In this document: piece after piece, positions 9,168 through 18,215 of the stretch
Position numbering within the stretch: the stretch's first letter is position 1
Layout: each line of letters begins with the position of its first letter
From: Longimicrobiales bacterium
GTDB lineage: Bacteria; Gemmatimonadota; Gemmatimonadetes; Longimicrobiales; Gaopeijiaceae
Length of the DNA: 64,000 nt
Reading direction: 5' to 3'
NCBI GenBank assembly: GCA_965204735.1
Contig: OZ242008.1
Span: 1,952,001 to 2,016,000, forward strand
Position numbers and translations under genes: made by a program
The notes under the pieces: model-generated
The model's input: only the letters and a program-made list of their open reading frames with translations
Databases searched by the model: none
Told to the model about the DNA's origin: nothing

Positions 9168-10411
9168 CTCCCGCCCCGGAGAGCGACTCCATGACGCCCA
9201 CTCGAACTTCCGCACCGCTCCAGCGCGCTCCGTCGAGCCGGTTCCGTTGGGGGCCGCCGCTCTGGTTCAGTCGCGGTCCAACGCTCCGGCCGTTCGGGGT
9301 CCTCGCGCTCGGTCTCCTCTTGCCGGCCGCCGGCGCCGACGCGGCAGCGGCCCAAGTCGGGCGTGGGGCGGCGGTTGCCGGGGACGCGGTTGCGGCAGCC
9401 CACGTCGAGGCGGTGCAGGAGGCTCGCGCGCTGCTCGACTCGGTGGTGGCCGCAGGGTCGATCCCAGGGCTGTCGGCGGCCGTGGGGAAGGGTCGGGACG
9501 TGCTGTGGTCGGAGGGCTTCGGGTTCGCCGACCTGACCCATGGCGTGCTCGTCACGCCCTTGACCAAGTTCCGGGTCGGCAGCGTGTCCAAGCCCATCAC
9601 GGCGGCGGCCATGGGGTTGCTGATGGAAGCCGAGTCGCTCGACCTGGACGCGCCGGTGCAGCGCTACGTCCCGTCGTTCCCGGAGAAGCGCTGGCCCGTC
9701 ACGACCCGCCAGCTCGCCGGGCACTTGGGCGGCGTCCGCCACTACCGGGGCAACGAGAACCTGTCGGCCGCGCGGTATCCCACCGTCCTCTCCGGGCTGG
9801 CGATCTTCCAGGACGACTCCCTCATTGCCGAGCCCGGCGCTCGCTACTCGTACTCCAGCTACGGGTGGAACTTGATCAGCGCCGTGGTGGAGGGCGCCAG
9901 CGGGGAACCCTTCCTGCCGTACATGGACCGAGCAGTCTTCAGGCCCCTGGGAATGCGCCACACCGTGGCCGGCCACACCGACAGCATCATTCCGCATCGG
10001 ACCCGCTTCTACGTCCGCGCCGGCGACGACGGCCCGGTGGTCAACGCGCCCTTCGTGGACAACAGCTACAAGTGGGCCGGAGGCGGCTTCCTGTCCACGC
10101 CCGAGGACTTGGTGGCCTTCGCGGCGGCCCACATCGACGGCTCGGGCTTCCTGACCGACGAGACGCTGGCGGTCCTCTTCACGTCCCAGCGGCTGTCCAG
10201 CGGAGAGGAGACCGGCTACGGAATCGGCTGGCGAACCGCAACCAACGAGCACGGCGAGACCGTCGTGTCGCACACCGGCGGCTCGGTGGGCGGAACCACC
10301 GTTCTCACGCTGAACCGGGACACGGGAACGATCGTCGCGATCGTCGCCAACCTGTCCAACGCCCCCCTGGGAACTACGCTGGCGGAGAGGGTCGAAGGTC
10401 TCTTCCGGTAG
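9164..10411 (+). CDS. Serine hydrolase, beta-lactamase/class C-like family, probably exported
   Basis: SxxK (SVSK), YSYSSYG, HTGG; hydrophobic signal-like segment; exact start uncertain. Confidence 0.85.
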   Translation: MTPAPESDSMTPTRTSAPLQRAPSSRFRWGPPLWFSRGPTLRPFGVLALGLLLPAAGADAAAAQVGRGAAVAGDAVAAAHVEAVQEARALLDSVVAAGSIPGLSAAVGKGRDVLWSEGFGFADLTHGVLVTPLTKFRVGSVSKPITAAAMGLLMEAESLDLDAPVQRYVPSFPEKRWPVTTRQLAGHLGGVRHYRGNENLSAARYPTVLSGLAIFQDDSLIAEPGARYSYSSYGWNLISAVVEGASGEPFLPYMDRAVFRPLGMRHTVAGHTDSIIPHRTRFYVRAGDDGPVVNAPFVDNSYKWAGGGFLSTPEDLVAFAAAHIDGSGFLTDETLAVLFTSQRLSSGEETGYGIGWRTATNEHGETVVSHTGGSVGGTTVLTLNRDTGTIVAIVANLSNAPLGTTLAERVEGLFR

Positions 10412-10422
10412 CGGGGGAGCTC

Positions 10423-10459
10423 GGCGGCGGCGGACGGGAAGTCCAGGTCGGCCGCCGCC
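10423..10459. terminator. GC-rich hairpin between convergent genes, possible terminator
   Basis: GGCGGCGGC (10423-10431) pairs with GCCGCCGCC (10451-10459); no clear U-tract. Confidence 0.3.
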
Positions 10460-10478
10460 CCTTCAATCCCAATCTACA

Positions 10479-10506
10479 ACTTTACATAATACATATTATG
10501 CGAACC
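10479..10506 (-). other. dif: dif site (XerC/XerD chromosome dimer resolution site)
   Basis: Minus strand reads GGTTCGCATAA-TATGTA-TTATGTAAAGT, versus E. coli dif GGTGCGCATAA-TGTATA-TTATGTTAAAT; an AT-rich island in GC-rich DNA, where gene orientation converges. Confidence 0.92.
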
Positions 10507-10537
10507 TTGATTCGGCGCGCCGCCCCGTGATCCTTTC

Positions 10538-11701
10538 TTACTGACCCTCCCGCGCCACGAGCGCCAGGATTCTGGGAACGACGCCGCTCTGGTCGACCAC
10601 GTAGGTCGTGTCGCCTGCCAAGGCGAACGAAAGGAACCTGCCGGGCAGGAGCCGGCTCTCCAAGTAGCGGCCGGTCGCCATGGAGTACAGGTCGAGGACT
10701 CCTCGGCCGTCGGAGTCGCCGGCGAGCACGAACAGCGTGTCGCCCGCCGTATCGACGTCGGAGGCAGATTCGGTCGGCCGCTCGGCGAACCACACGCTCC
10801 TCGTCTCGGTGGCTTCCTCCGTCTGCTCGCCGGCCGTCACCTCGGGAAAGTCCATCCGCTCCACGAAGGAATGGGCACGGGTGGCGTCGTCGGCGACCAG
10901 AAAGAACCCGGGTCCGGTCTTGAACGCGAGTCCCCATGAAGCGCCGGACGCGGCAAACACCAGCATGTCCAACTGGATCGTCTCCAGATCCCGGAAGCCT
11001 GGCCAGCTGGGGGTGACGACGGCGGGGTTCTCGCCGTCCGATGGGATTCGCATCAGGTCGATCCCCAGCACGCCGCGCGTCTCGGTCATGCCAAAGAACG
11101 ACGCCACGTAGCCGCTCCCGTCGGCCAGAGCGACCACGTCCTCGGTCATCAGCGCCTGACCCGCGAACGGCTGCTCGCGCGACAGAGTCCCGTCCGAAGA
11201 CAGCCACACGAGCCGACGGTTGCCCGAATCCACGAGGAACGGAGCGTCGGTGCGCGGATCGACGGTCATGGCGCGAACATTGCCGATCTCTCCTGGTCCT
11301 TGGCCCGAGCTTCCCCACGCCCACGCCAAGCGGCCCCCGTCGATCCGCAAGACCTTCATGGCCCGCACGTCCAGGACGTAGAGTCCGCCGTCTGACGCGA
11401 CGTCCAGCTTGTGCGGCGAGGCCAGCAGCGTATCGCCGGGTCCCCCGAAGCTCCAAGCCGTGTCGTAGGCCACGGTCCGCGTCGCGCGAAGCTCCCGGTC
11501 CTCCGTGAACGGCTCGACGAGCTCTCCCGCCTGGTCGTCGCGTCCAGCGGCGGCGCCGTCCTCGCCGTCCTCGGAGCCTCCGTCGGCGCATCCGACCACG
11601 ATCGGCGCGAGGATGCACGCGAACCACCAGGGCTTGGCACGACTCCAGCCGACCGCTCCCCAGCCGCGACGCCCTCTGCCCCAATGGTCGACAGCGATCA
11701 T
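10538..11701 (-). CDS. Beta-propeller lipoprotein (6-bladed/TolB-like family), paralog of 19080-20144
   Basis: Lipobox VVGC; WG.SGQGP.E motif and repeated blade-like segments; ATG at 11701 preceded by GAAGGA. Confidence 0.75.
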   Translation of the reverse strand: MIAVDHWGRGRRGWGAVGWSRAKPWWFACILAPIVVGCADGGSEDGEDGAAAGRDDQAGELVEPFTEDRELRATRTVAYDTAWSFGGPGDTLLASPHKLDVASDGGLYVLDVRAMKVLRIDGGRLAWAWGSSGQGPGEIGNVRAMTVDPRTDAPFLVDSGNRRLVWLSSDGTLSREQPFAGQALMTEDVVALADGSGYVASFFGMTETRGVLGIDLMRIPSDGENPAVVTPSWPGFRDLETIQLDMLVFAASGASWGLAFKTGPGFFLVADDATRAHSFVERMDFPEVTAGEQTEEATETRSVWFAERPTESASDVDTAGDTLFVLAGDSDGRGVLDLYSMATGRYLESRLLPGRFLSFALAGDTTYVVDQSGVVPRILALVAREGQ

Positions 11702-11738
11702 TTGGTGTCCTTCTCCGTTGCCGAGGGGATTCGTTTGC

Positions 11739-12458
11739 CTAAGGGGCTTCGTTCGCCACCCGCGACGCCACCACCGCGACCTCGGCCCGGCGCATCTGGA
11801 CCAAGCTCCGGTCCGGGTCCGCCTCGACCATCTCGTCCAGCAGCCGGTCGTACAGCTCCACGGCGCCGGCGGCGTCCCCGGCCTCTTGCCGCAACCGAGC
11901 CGCGTCGGCCAGCGCATCGCGTACCTGGAAGCCGAGGCGGGCTCCTTCGGCCAAGCGCAGGTAGAGTCCTTCCGCCGCCTCCGCGTTGCCGACGTCTTCG
12001 TAGATCGAAGCCAGGAGCGCCGCCGCCTGGGCGCCGAGGGGGCTCTCCACGTCCCGCGCCAGCGGCGCAAGCACGTCGACGGCGCCGTCGGGATCGCCCA
12101 GCTCGGTGCTGACCTGGGCCAGCGCGATCCGCGCCTCGCCGGCGAAGGGCGTGCTGCCGAACCTCTCCAAGAAGAGCTGCAGGTCGGCATGCACCCCGGC
12201 CTGGTCGCCGCCGTCCAGCCTGCGCTGCAGCTCTTCCAGCTGGGTTGCGGCGCCGGCGTTGAGCGTGTCCTTGTACCGTCCGTAGTAGAATATCCCGGCC
12301 GCGCCCAGCGCCACCAGAACGATCGCGAGGGTGAGCACGGGCCGGTTGCGCTGGGCCCACTGGCTCACCTCGAGCGTCGTGGCGACGAAGGCGTCGTCCT
12401 GGTCCGCGGGGCTCCCCGACTTCTTGGGACGAGTCCCCGGCTTCCGGTAGCTGGCCAT
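11739..12458 (-). CDS. Membrane-anchored tetratricopeptide-repeat protein (YfgM-like)
   Basis: One N-terminal TM helix followed by TPR-like helical repeats. Confidence 0.75.
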   Translation of the reverse strand: MASYRKPGTRPKKSGSPADQDDAFVATTLEVSQWAQRNRPVLTLAIVLVALGAAGIFYYGRYKDTLNAGAATQLEELQRRLDGGDQAGVHADLQLFLERFGSTPFAGEARIALAQVSTELGDPDGAVDVLAPLARDVESPLGAQAAALLASIYEDVGNAEAAEGLYLRLAEGARLGFQVRDALADAARLRQEAGDAAGAVELYDRLLDEMVEADPDRSLVQMRRAEVAVVASRVANEAP

Positions 12459-12770
12459 GTGAAAAAGCTAGTCCCTGCCTTGGCCTCCGGTCAACATCTT
12501 GGCCTCTTGAAGGAACTCGACGACCGGCGTCCGCGGTCGCGCGTCTTCGATGTCGAGTCGAAGCCCGGCTTCCAGCAGGCGGAGCGGCGGGTGGCGCCGT
12601 CGCCTTGTCCTGACCATGATCTTCTGGACCAGCCCGTGAACCGATCCCTTTCGAGCCCGTGAACCTGGCGCCCCGAAGGGAATCTCAACGGATGGCGACC
12701 GCCGGCAGAGCCGGAAGCCGCAATCGACGACGCGCTCGAAGCCACGCTCCCATTTGACGGAGGATGCCGC

Positions 12771-13181
12771 ATGACCAAGAGGACGATCCTCGCACTCGGC
12801 ATCCTGGCACTCGGATGCGGCGAGGCCCCAGAGACCCGCGCGCGGCCCGAGACCACGCCACCCCCGGCCCCGGCCGAGACGCCGCCCGCAGAGGCACCCG
12901 ACTCCACGCCGGCGGCATCGGCGGAAGACGTCGAACGCCTGCTGGCGGAGATCGACTCCATGCTGTTCGCCCCGGGCACGCCATGGCCAGGATGCGGGAC
13001 CTCCGACACGACGGGGACGCGGATCCTGGAAGAAGCAATCGACGCCGCCGTCGAAGCTAGGTCCCTCCTGGACTCTGGATACGTGGACCAAGCGGCGGAG
13101 ACTGCGGACAGAAGCCACGCGCAACTGCTGGAATTCGAGACGCGCGAAGCGAAGTGCGCAGAGGAGGCCAACACCCGATGA
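12771..13181 (+). CDS. Hypothetical lipoprotein
   Basis: MTKRTILALGILALG-C lipoprotein signal, Pro-rich linker, GGAGG RBS. Confidence 0.65.
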   Translation: MTKRTILALGILALGCGEAPETRARPETTPPPAPAETPPAEAPDSTPAASAEDVERLLAEIDSMLFAPGTPWPGCGTSDTTGTRILEEAIDAAVEARSLLDSGYVDQAAETADRSHAQLLEFETREAKCAEEANTR

Positions 13182-13261
13182 AGGCCTGCCGAATCGACGG
13201 ATGCGGAAAGCTAACCAAGGCGCGCGGGCTGTGCCAAGCGCACCTGGCACGCGTTTATTGA
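13178..13261 (+). CDS. 27-aa C-x4-C-x9-C-x2-H zinc-finger-like microprotein or phage gene remnant
   Basis: MKACRIDGCGKLTKARGLCQAHLARVY*; ATGA overlap with the upstream stop, GAGGAGG at 13161-13167; too short for the ORF track. Confidence 0.55.
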   Translation: MKACRIDGCGKLTKARGLCQAHLARVY

Positions 13262-13351
13262 TACGGCTCTGCAACCCACTTCCCGTGCCGCGGCCGCCCG
13301 CCCGAGCCCATTAGCAAGGCTGGCATCAGCCGCCGGAGAAACCCAAGTCCA

Positions 13352-15166
13352 ATGCGAACCATCATTCGAGCCCTTCCGGCCCGGCTCGCCGTGGGCGTTG
13401 CCGTCGCCGCGACCTTCGGCGGCTGTGCGCCGCCGTCCGACGACCCGGACGCGGCCGATGCGGCCGACCCTGCGACGACCGTGTTTCCTGCGACCAACCG
13501 TCCCGACGTGCGCGGAACCCGGGGCGCCGTCGCGGCGGGCCATCCCCTGGCCGCGGCCGCCGGGATCGACGTGCTGCGCCGGGGCGGCAACGCGACCGAC
13601 GCGGCTCTCGCCATGGCCGGCGTGCTGGCCGTCGCAAGGCCGCACATGAACGGCGTGGGAGGAGACGCCTTCGCCCTCTTCTACGACGGGGAGTCGGGCG
13701 AAGTCCACGCCCTCAACGGCAGCGGACGCGCCGGCGCCAAGGCCGAGCCGTCGTTCTTCCGGGACCGGGGCCACGACGCGGTCCCCGAGACGGGACCGAT
13801 GTCCGTGTCCGTGCCGGGGGCGGTCGCGGCGTGGGTGGACGCCCACTCCCGCTTCGGGAGCCTTCCCCTGGACGAGCTCCTGGCCCCCGCGATCGACTAC
13901 GCCCACGACGGCTTTCCCGTGTCCACCCGGCTGGCGTCCGACTTCGAGGCCCAGGGATCGGCCCTCAACGAGCCCGGCAAGGCGCTCTACCTGCCCGGCG
14001 GCGACGCCCCGCCCGTGGGCTCCCTGCTGCGGAACCCTGCCCTGGCCGCCACCCTGCGGGCAGTCGCCGAAGGTGGAAGGACGGCGTTCTACGAGGGCGC
14101 GACGGCGGAGCGCCTCGCGGCGTTCGTGGATTCGGCGGGCGGCGCGCTGACGGCGGACGACTTCAGGTCGCACGAGTCCACTTGGGTGGAGCCCCTGTCC
14201 GGCGAGTACCTGGGCGCGCGGCTTCACGTCCTTCCGCCCAACACGCAAGGGATCGCGCAGCTGGCCCTGGCCGGGATGGCCGCCCGTCGCCCGTTGAAGG
14301 AGATGGGCCGCAACTCGGCCGAGTACCTCCACACCCTGATCGAGCTCAAGAAGCTCGCCTTCGCGGACCGGGACCAGTGGGCCGCCGACCCCGACTTCGC
14401 GGAGATCCCGGTGGACGACCTGCTGGCGCCCGGCTACCTGGCGGATCGGGCCGAGCAGGTCGATCCCGGCGCGGCCGCGGTGGTCGTCGAGCCTGGGATT
14501 CGTTACGGGGCCGGCGGGGCGGCTCCGTCCGGAGAGTCCCCCAGGTCGGCCCTGTCCGCAGGCGCGCCCGCCGGCGCTCGCGCTTCCCTCGTCCTCGACG
14601 ACGGCGGCGACACCGTCTACCTCACCGCCGTGGACCAGTGGGGCAACGCCGTCTCGTGGATACAGAGCCTCTTTCACGGCTTCGGCTCCGGGCTGCTGGA
14701 GCCCGTGACCGGCGTGGTCCTCCACAACCGGGGATCGCTCCACACCCTGGACGAGGGCCACCCCAACGTCGTGGCGCCCGGCAAGCGTCCCTACCACACG
14801 CTGACGCCCCTGCTGGCCACATCTCCCGACGGCGCCCTCGCCTTCACCCTGGGCACGCCCGGCGGCGACAGCCAAGTCCAGTCCCTGACCCAGATCGTCA
14901 ACAACTTGCGCCTCTTCGGCATGAGCCCGCAGGCGGCGGTCGAGGCGCCCCGCTTCCGCAGCTACGGAGGGTTGGCGGTCGCGATCGAGGACCGGGTGGA
15001 CGCCGACGTGCTGGCGGCGCTCGCGGCGCTGGGCCACGAGGTGCAGGTCGTGCACGGATGGACGGCGACGTTCGGAGGCGCCCAGATGATCGTGATCGAC
15101 CACGAGCACGGAACGCTGACCGCGGCGGCCGACCCCCGACGGGAAGCCTATGCCCTGGCCTACTGA
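13352..15166 (+). CDS. ggt: Gamma-glutamyltransferase family protein, probable lipoprotein
   Basis: GGNATDAA, GVGGDAF, VPGAV, D-T(nucleophile)-VYL, PGKRPYHTL, GTPGG, AADPRRE. Confidence 0.92.
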   Translation: MRTIIRALPARLAVGVAVAATFGGCAPPSDDPDAADAADPATTVFPATNRPDVRGTRGAVAAGHPLAAAAGIDVLRRGGNATDAALAMAGVLAVARPHMNGVGGDAFALFYDGESGEVHALNGSGRAGAKAEPSFFRDRGHDAVPETGPMSVSVPGAVAAWVDAHSRFGSLPLDELLAPAIDYAHDGFPVSTRLASDFEAQGSALNEPGKALYLPGGDAPPVGSLLRNPALAATLRAVAEGGRTAFYEGATAERLAAFVDSAGGALTADDFRSHESTWVEPLSGEYLGARLHVLPPNTQGIAQLALAGMAARRPLKEMGRNSAEYLHTLIELKKLAFADRDQWAADPDFAEIPVDDLLAPGYLADRAEQVDPGAAAVVVEPGIRYGAGGAAPSGESPRSALSAGAPAGARASLVLDDGGDTVYLTAVDQWGNAVSWIQSLFHGFGSGLLEPVTGVVLHNRGSLHTLDEGHPNVVAPGKRPYHTLTPLLATSPDGALAFTLGTPGGDSQVQSLTQIVNNLRLFGMSPQAAVEAPRFRSYGGLAVAIEDRVDADVLAALAALGHEVQVVHGWTATFGGAQMIVIDHEHGTLTAAADPRREAYALAY

Positions 15167-15200
15167 TCCCTCTCCGGGAAGGTGAGGTAGGCGGCGACCC

Positions 15201-17825
15201 ATGTCTGGGCAAGGCGAGGTGGACGGCGTGGAACGAGGCGGGAGCGCGGCGCCGGGCGGCCGCTGGCGAGCTGCGTCGCTCGTGGGCCGGGCTGCGCTTC
15301 TGGCCGGCGCGGCGGGCGCAGTCGCGTGCGGCGACGAAGCGCCGCCGGTTCCGGCCGAGGTCGTGGTGACGCCCGCATCCGCCACCGCCGAGACCGTCGG
15401 CGCGACGGTGCAGTACGCGGCTCGCGTCGTGGACGCGGAGGGGGCCGCCATTCCGGGGGCGCCGGTGACGTGGTCTTCGGGCAATCGAGAGGTGGGGACC
15501 GTGTCCGCCACCGGGCTGGCGACGGTCGTCGGCCAGGGCACGGCGGTCATCCGAGCCGTTCACGAGACGGTCTCCGGCACGGCGTCGCTGGTCGTGCAGC
15601 TGCGTCCGGCCAGCATGGCCAAGGTGGCGGGCGACTCGCTGACCGCGCCGGCTGCGTCGGTCCTGCCGGAGCAGCCCACTGTGCGGGTCGCCGACGCCGG
15701 GGGCGCACCGGTTCCGGGCGTCGCCGTGCGGTTCGAGGTGGTCTCGGGCGGCGGCCGGATCACGCCCCGCAGCGCACTCACCGACAGCGACGGCGAGGCG
15801 TCCACGCGCTGGACGTTGGGACACTTCCAGGGCGTCCAGGTCTTGCGGGCCACGTCGGACGAGTTCCAGGCCGACTTCGTCGCCACCGCGACGGAAGTGC
15901 TGCTGGTGGTGGGCACCGCGCGCTTGGAGCGGGCCCGCCTTTCCTTGGACTATTGGGCAACGCTGGAAGCCATAGGAGGAACGAGTCCCTATGCTTGGTC
16001 GCTGGCGGACGGTGGGCTGCCCGCGGGCTTGGCGCTGGGCGAAGACGGCACGATCTCGGGAACCCCGGAGGGGCTGGGCAGCAGCACGTTCTCGGTGTTG
16101 GTCCGGGACGCCTCGGGGCTTGAGGCCAGGAAGGACTTGGCCATGGTGGTTTGCGAGGCCCCGCTGGCCCTGGAACCCGGAGGCGTGCATGCGACAAGCC
16201 CGGTGGCGGCGGCCTCCGATTGCCCGCCCTTCATCCCGGCCGGCGGCGCCGGCGACCTGTATCGAGTCGGCTTGGTGCGAACCGGCTTCTCCCAAGACCT
16301 GACCTTTGCCGACGTCGCCTTGAGGGTCGTGGAAATCGCCGGACGGCCGACGCCCGGCGCCCATGACGAGTCGGCGCAGTCGGCCACCTCCGGCGCCACC
16401 CTCCTCCCTCTCCCCCGCCCCGCCCCGCAGCTCCTCCCGTCGCTGGAAGAGGCGGCCCGGCGCGCCGACGCCACGGCCCGACTCCACGCCCGTCTGCACG
16501 AGGACGCCGCGCGCCTGCTTTCGCGCTTCGGCTCCGACGCCGTCCTTCCCGACCTTCGCCGGGCGGACCCGGCCCGCCACGACGCCGCGGCGCAGCTGCG
16601 ACCCCCGCCGGAGCGCCTCGTCTTCCTTCCCTACGACGCGGACCGGAACGACAGGTGCTCGCCCCCTGCTCCCACTTCAGCCGCTGCGCTCCTGGTCGGC
16701 TACAACGCCCACCTGGCCGTCTACCAGGACTCGGCGCAACGGGCCGAAGAGCCCATCGCAGAAGCGGACGTGGGTCAGGTGCTCGACTACTACGACGCCT
16801 ACGGCGCAGGCACGATCGACGACTACTTCGGCGGCGTCCAGGACATCAACGGCGACGGCAGGGTCGTCGTCTTCGTCTCGCCGGTGGTGGGCGACGAAAA
16901 CGCCGCGTTCGTATGGCTGGGCGACTTCCTGGAAGCCACGGAATGCGCGTCGTCCAACGAGATGGAGCTGGTGTACTTCAACGCCGACCAGTTCCACGCC
17001 GTCGGCGCAGCGCCCGACAACGGCCACTACCAAGCGATGCCGACGATGGTCCACGAGGTCAAGCACGTGGTCTCCCTCTACCACAGGCTGCGCGCCCGCT
17101 CCTTCCATCCCACTTGGATCGAGGAGGGCACGGCGGAGATCGCCGCCGAAGTCTCGTCGCGACGAGCGATGGCTGCGACGGGCGGCGTGCCCGTGGGCGC
17201 CGTGCTGACCCGCGACGCCTACCCGCCGCGCAGCGGCTCCGTCATCACCCCCGAAAACTTCGGGGTGCTCCTGCGCTTGGCCAGGACCGTCAGGTCGTAC
17301 ACGCAGGAGTACAACTCCCTGACCACCAACCCCACCGACGACCACAGCTACTACGGCACGTCGTGGCACTTCCACAGGTTCCTGGGAGACGCCTACGGCG
17401 GCGCCGCCGACTTGGCGGAGGGCGTCTTCTTCGCGTCGCTCAACGACTCCCTGGCGTCCGCCGGCGCCGGCGGCATCAACTCTGCCACCAACAGCGCCAT
17501 GCCCGCGCTGATCACGGAGTACGCGACCGCGATGATGCTCAACGGAACGACGGCGCCCCAGCCGGTCCGCTCGTTCGCGACCTACGACTTCCCTTCCGCC
17601 ACCTCCGACCTCTTCCGGCCACCGGGTCAGCCCGCCGGCCGCTACCCGTGGCCCGTCCTCGGCCCCACGCCCGCGCCTTTCGAGAGCAGCAGCTACCGCG
17701 CCGGGCTGGCTCCCGCCGGCATCCGCATCCACGAGTTCGAGTCCGACGGTCGGGGCAACGGCATCGAGGTGGAGGTGCGTGCGACGGGAGGCGTCGTCCG
17801 GGTGGTCGTGGCGCGGGTGCGGTAG
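15201..17825 (+). CDS. Surface lipoprotein with several Ig-like domains and a C-terminal zinc metallopeptidase (gluzincin-type) domain
   Basis: VAC lipobox; VTWSSGN…V.TV..TGL and LPAGLAL..DGTISGTP Ig motifs; DINGDG; HEVKH plus WIEEGTAE third ligand. Confidence 0.75.
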   Translation: MSGQGEVDGVERGGSAAPGGRWRAASLVGRAALLAGAAGAVACGDEAPPVPAEVVVTPASATAETVGATVQYAARVVDAEGAAIPGAPVTWSSGNREVGTVSATGLATVVGQGTAVIRAVHETVSGTASLVVQLRPASMAKVAGDSLTAPAASVLPEQPTVRVADAGGAPVPGVAVRFEVVSGGGRITPRSALTDSDGEASTRWTLGHFQGVQVLRATSDEFQADFVATATEVLLVVGTARLERARLSLDYWATLEAIGGTSPYAWSLADGGLPAGLALGEDGTISGTPEGLGSSTFSVLVRDASGLEARKDLAMVVCEAPLALEPGGVHATSPVAAASDCPPFIPAGGAGDLYRVGLVRTGFSQDLTFADVALRVVEIAGRPTPGAHDESAQSATSGATLLPLPRPAPQLLPSLEEAARRADATARLHARLHEDAARLLSRFGSDAVLPDLRRADPARHDAAAQLRPPPERLVFLPYDADRNDRCSPPAPTSAAALLVGYNAHLAVYQDSAQRAEEPIAEADVGQVLDYYDAYGAGTIDDYFGGVQDINGDGRVVVFVSPVVGDENAAFVWLGDFLEATECASSNEMELVYFNADQFHAVGAAPDNGHYQAMPTMVHEVKHVVSLYHRLRARSFHPTWIEEGTAEIAAEVSSRRAMAATGGVPVGAVLTRDAYPPRSGSVITPENFGVLLRLARTVRSYTQEYNSLTTNPTDDHSYYGTSWHFHRFLGDAYGGAADLAEGVFFASLNDSLASAGAGGINSATNSAMPALITEYATAMMLNGTTAPQPVRSFATYDFPSATSDLFRPPGQPAGRYPWPVLGPTPAPFESSSYRAGLAPAGIRIHEFESDGRGNGIEVEVRATGGVVRVVVARVR

Positions 17826-17839
17826 GGGGCGTCGCCCGC

Positions 17840-17938
17840 CGGCCGCTGGATGTCGGGCAGCCCAATGAGGCCGGACTCGATGTCACGGATCAAGGATCAC
17901 AGCTCGGCGGTGGTGGTCCTGAACACTGTGTCGCTCAT
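17840..17938 (-). pseudogene. N-terminal remnant of a DUF262 (GmrS/GmrSD-like) gene
   Basis: MSDTVFRTTTAEL*SLIRDIESGLIGLPDIQRP: matches the DUF262 N-terminal LP.IQR motif, has an in-frame TGA at 17897-17899 and stops before the expected FVW. Confidence 0.65.
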
Positions 17939-17999
17939 CACGGTCTTCCTGCAACGCGTGCATCCACGAGGTCGAGTCAGAGCGCCGTAGCGGAGAAGC

Positions 18000-18215
18000 T
18001 CACGGCATTTCCTCAAAGTGCATTTCTGCTATGGTGCGAGTCTCTCCGTCTACTCGTCCTACTATGGCCCTACATATCTTCCCCTTGCGTGCCGAACACG
18101 ATCGCCGCTGGTCCGTGCATCCGGGCGAGATGCTGGTCCGGATCGCATAGCCGGAGCCCGCCAAGAACATCGTTGCCAGCAGTAGCGCAACCATCAGCCT
18201 GACTCCACGCATCAC
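18000..18215 (-). CDS. Secreted 3-Cys peptide, copy 2 (71 aa)
   Basis: MMRGVRLMVALLLATMFLAGSGYA/IRTSISPGCTDQRRSCSARKGKICRAIVGRVDGETRTIAEMHFEEMP; GTGA overlap with the upstream gene; paralog of 18862-19083. Confidence 0.8.
   Translation of the reverse strand: MMRGVRLMVALLLATMFLAGSGYAIRTSISPGCTDQRRSCSARKGKICRAIVGRVDGETRTIAEMHFEEMP

Noticed and set aside
9164..10411. Calling the serine hydrolase an antibiotic-resistance beta-lactamase
   Set aside because: SxxK-family motifs are shared by many esterases and peptidases; nothing here indicates beta-lactam specificity.
12459..12770. Possible ncRNA or riboswitch (6S, SRP, FMN, cobalamin) in the divergent intergenic region
   Set aside because: No diagnostic conserved motifs recognised by eye; an Rfam/Infernal scan would be needed.
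13245..13260. TGGCAC upstream of ggt as a sigma-54 -24 element
   Set aside because: No GC at the required -12 position (GG-N10-TT), and it lies within the microprotein ORF.
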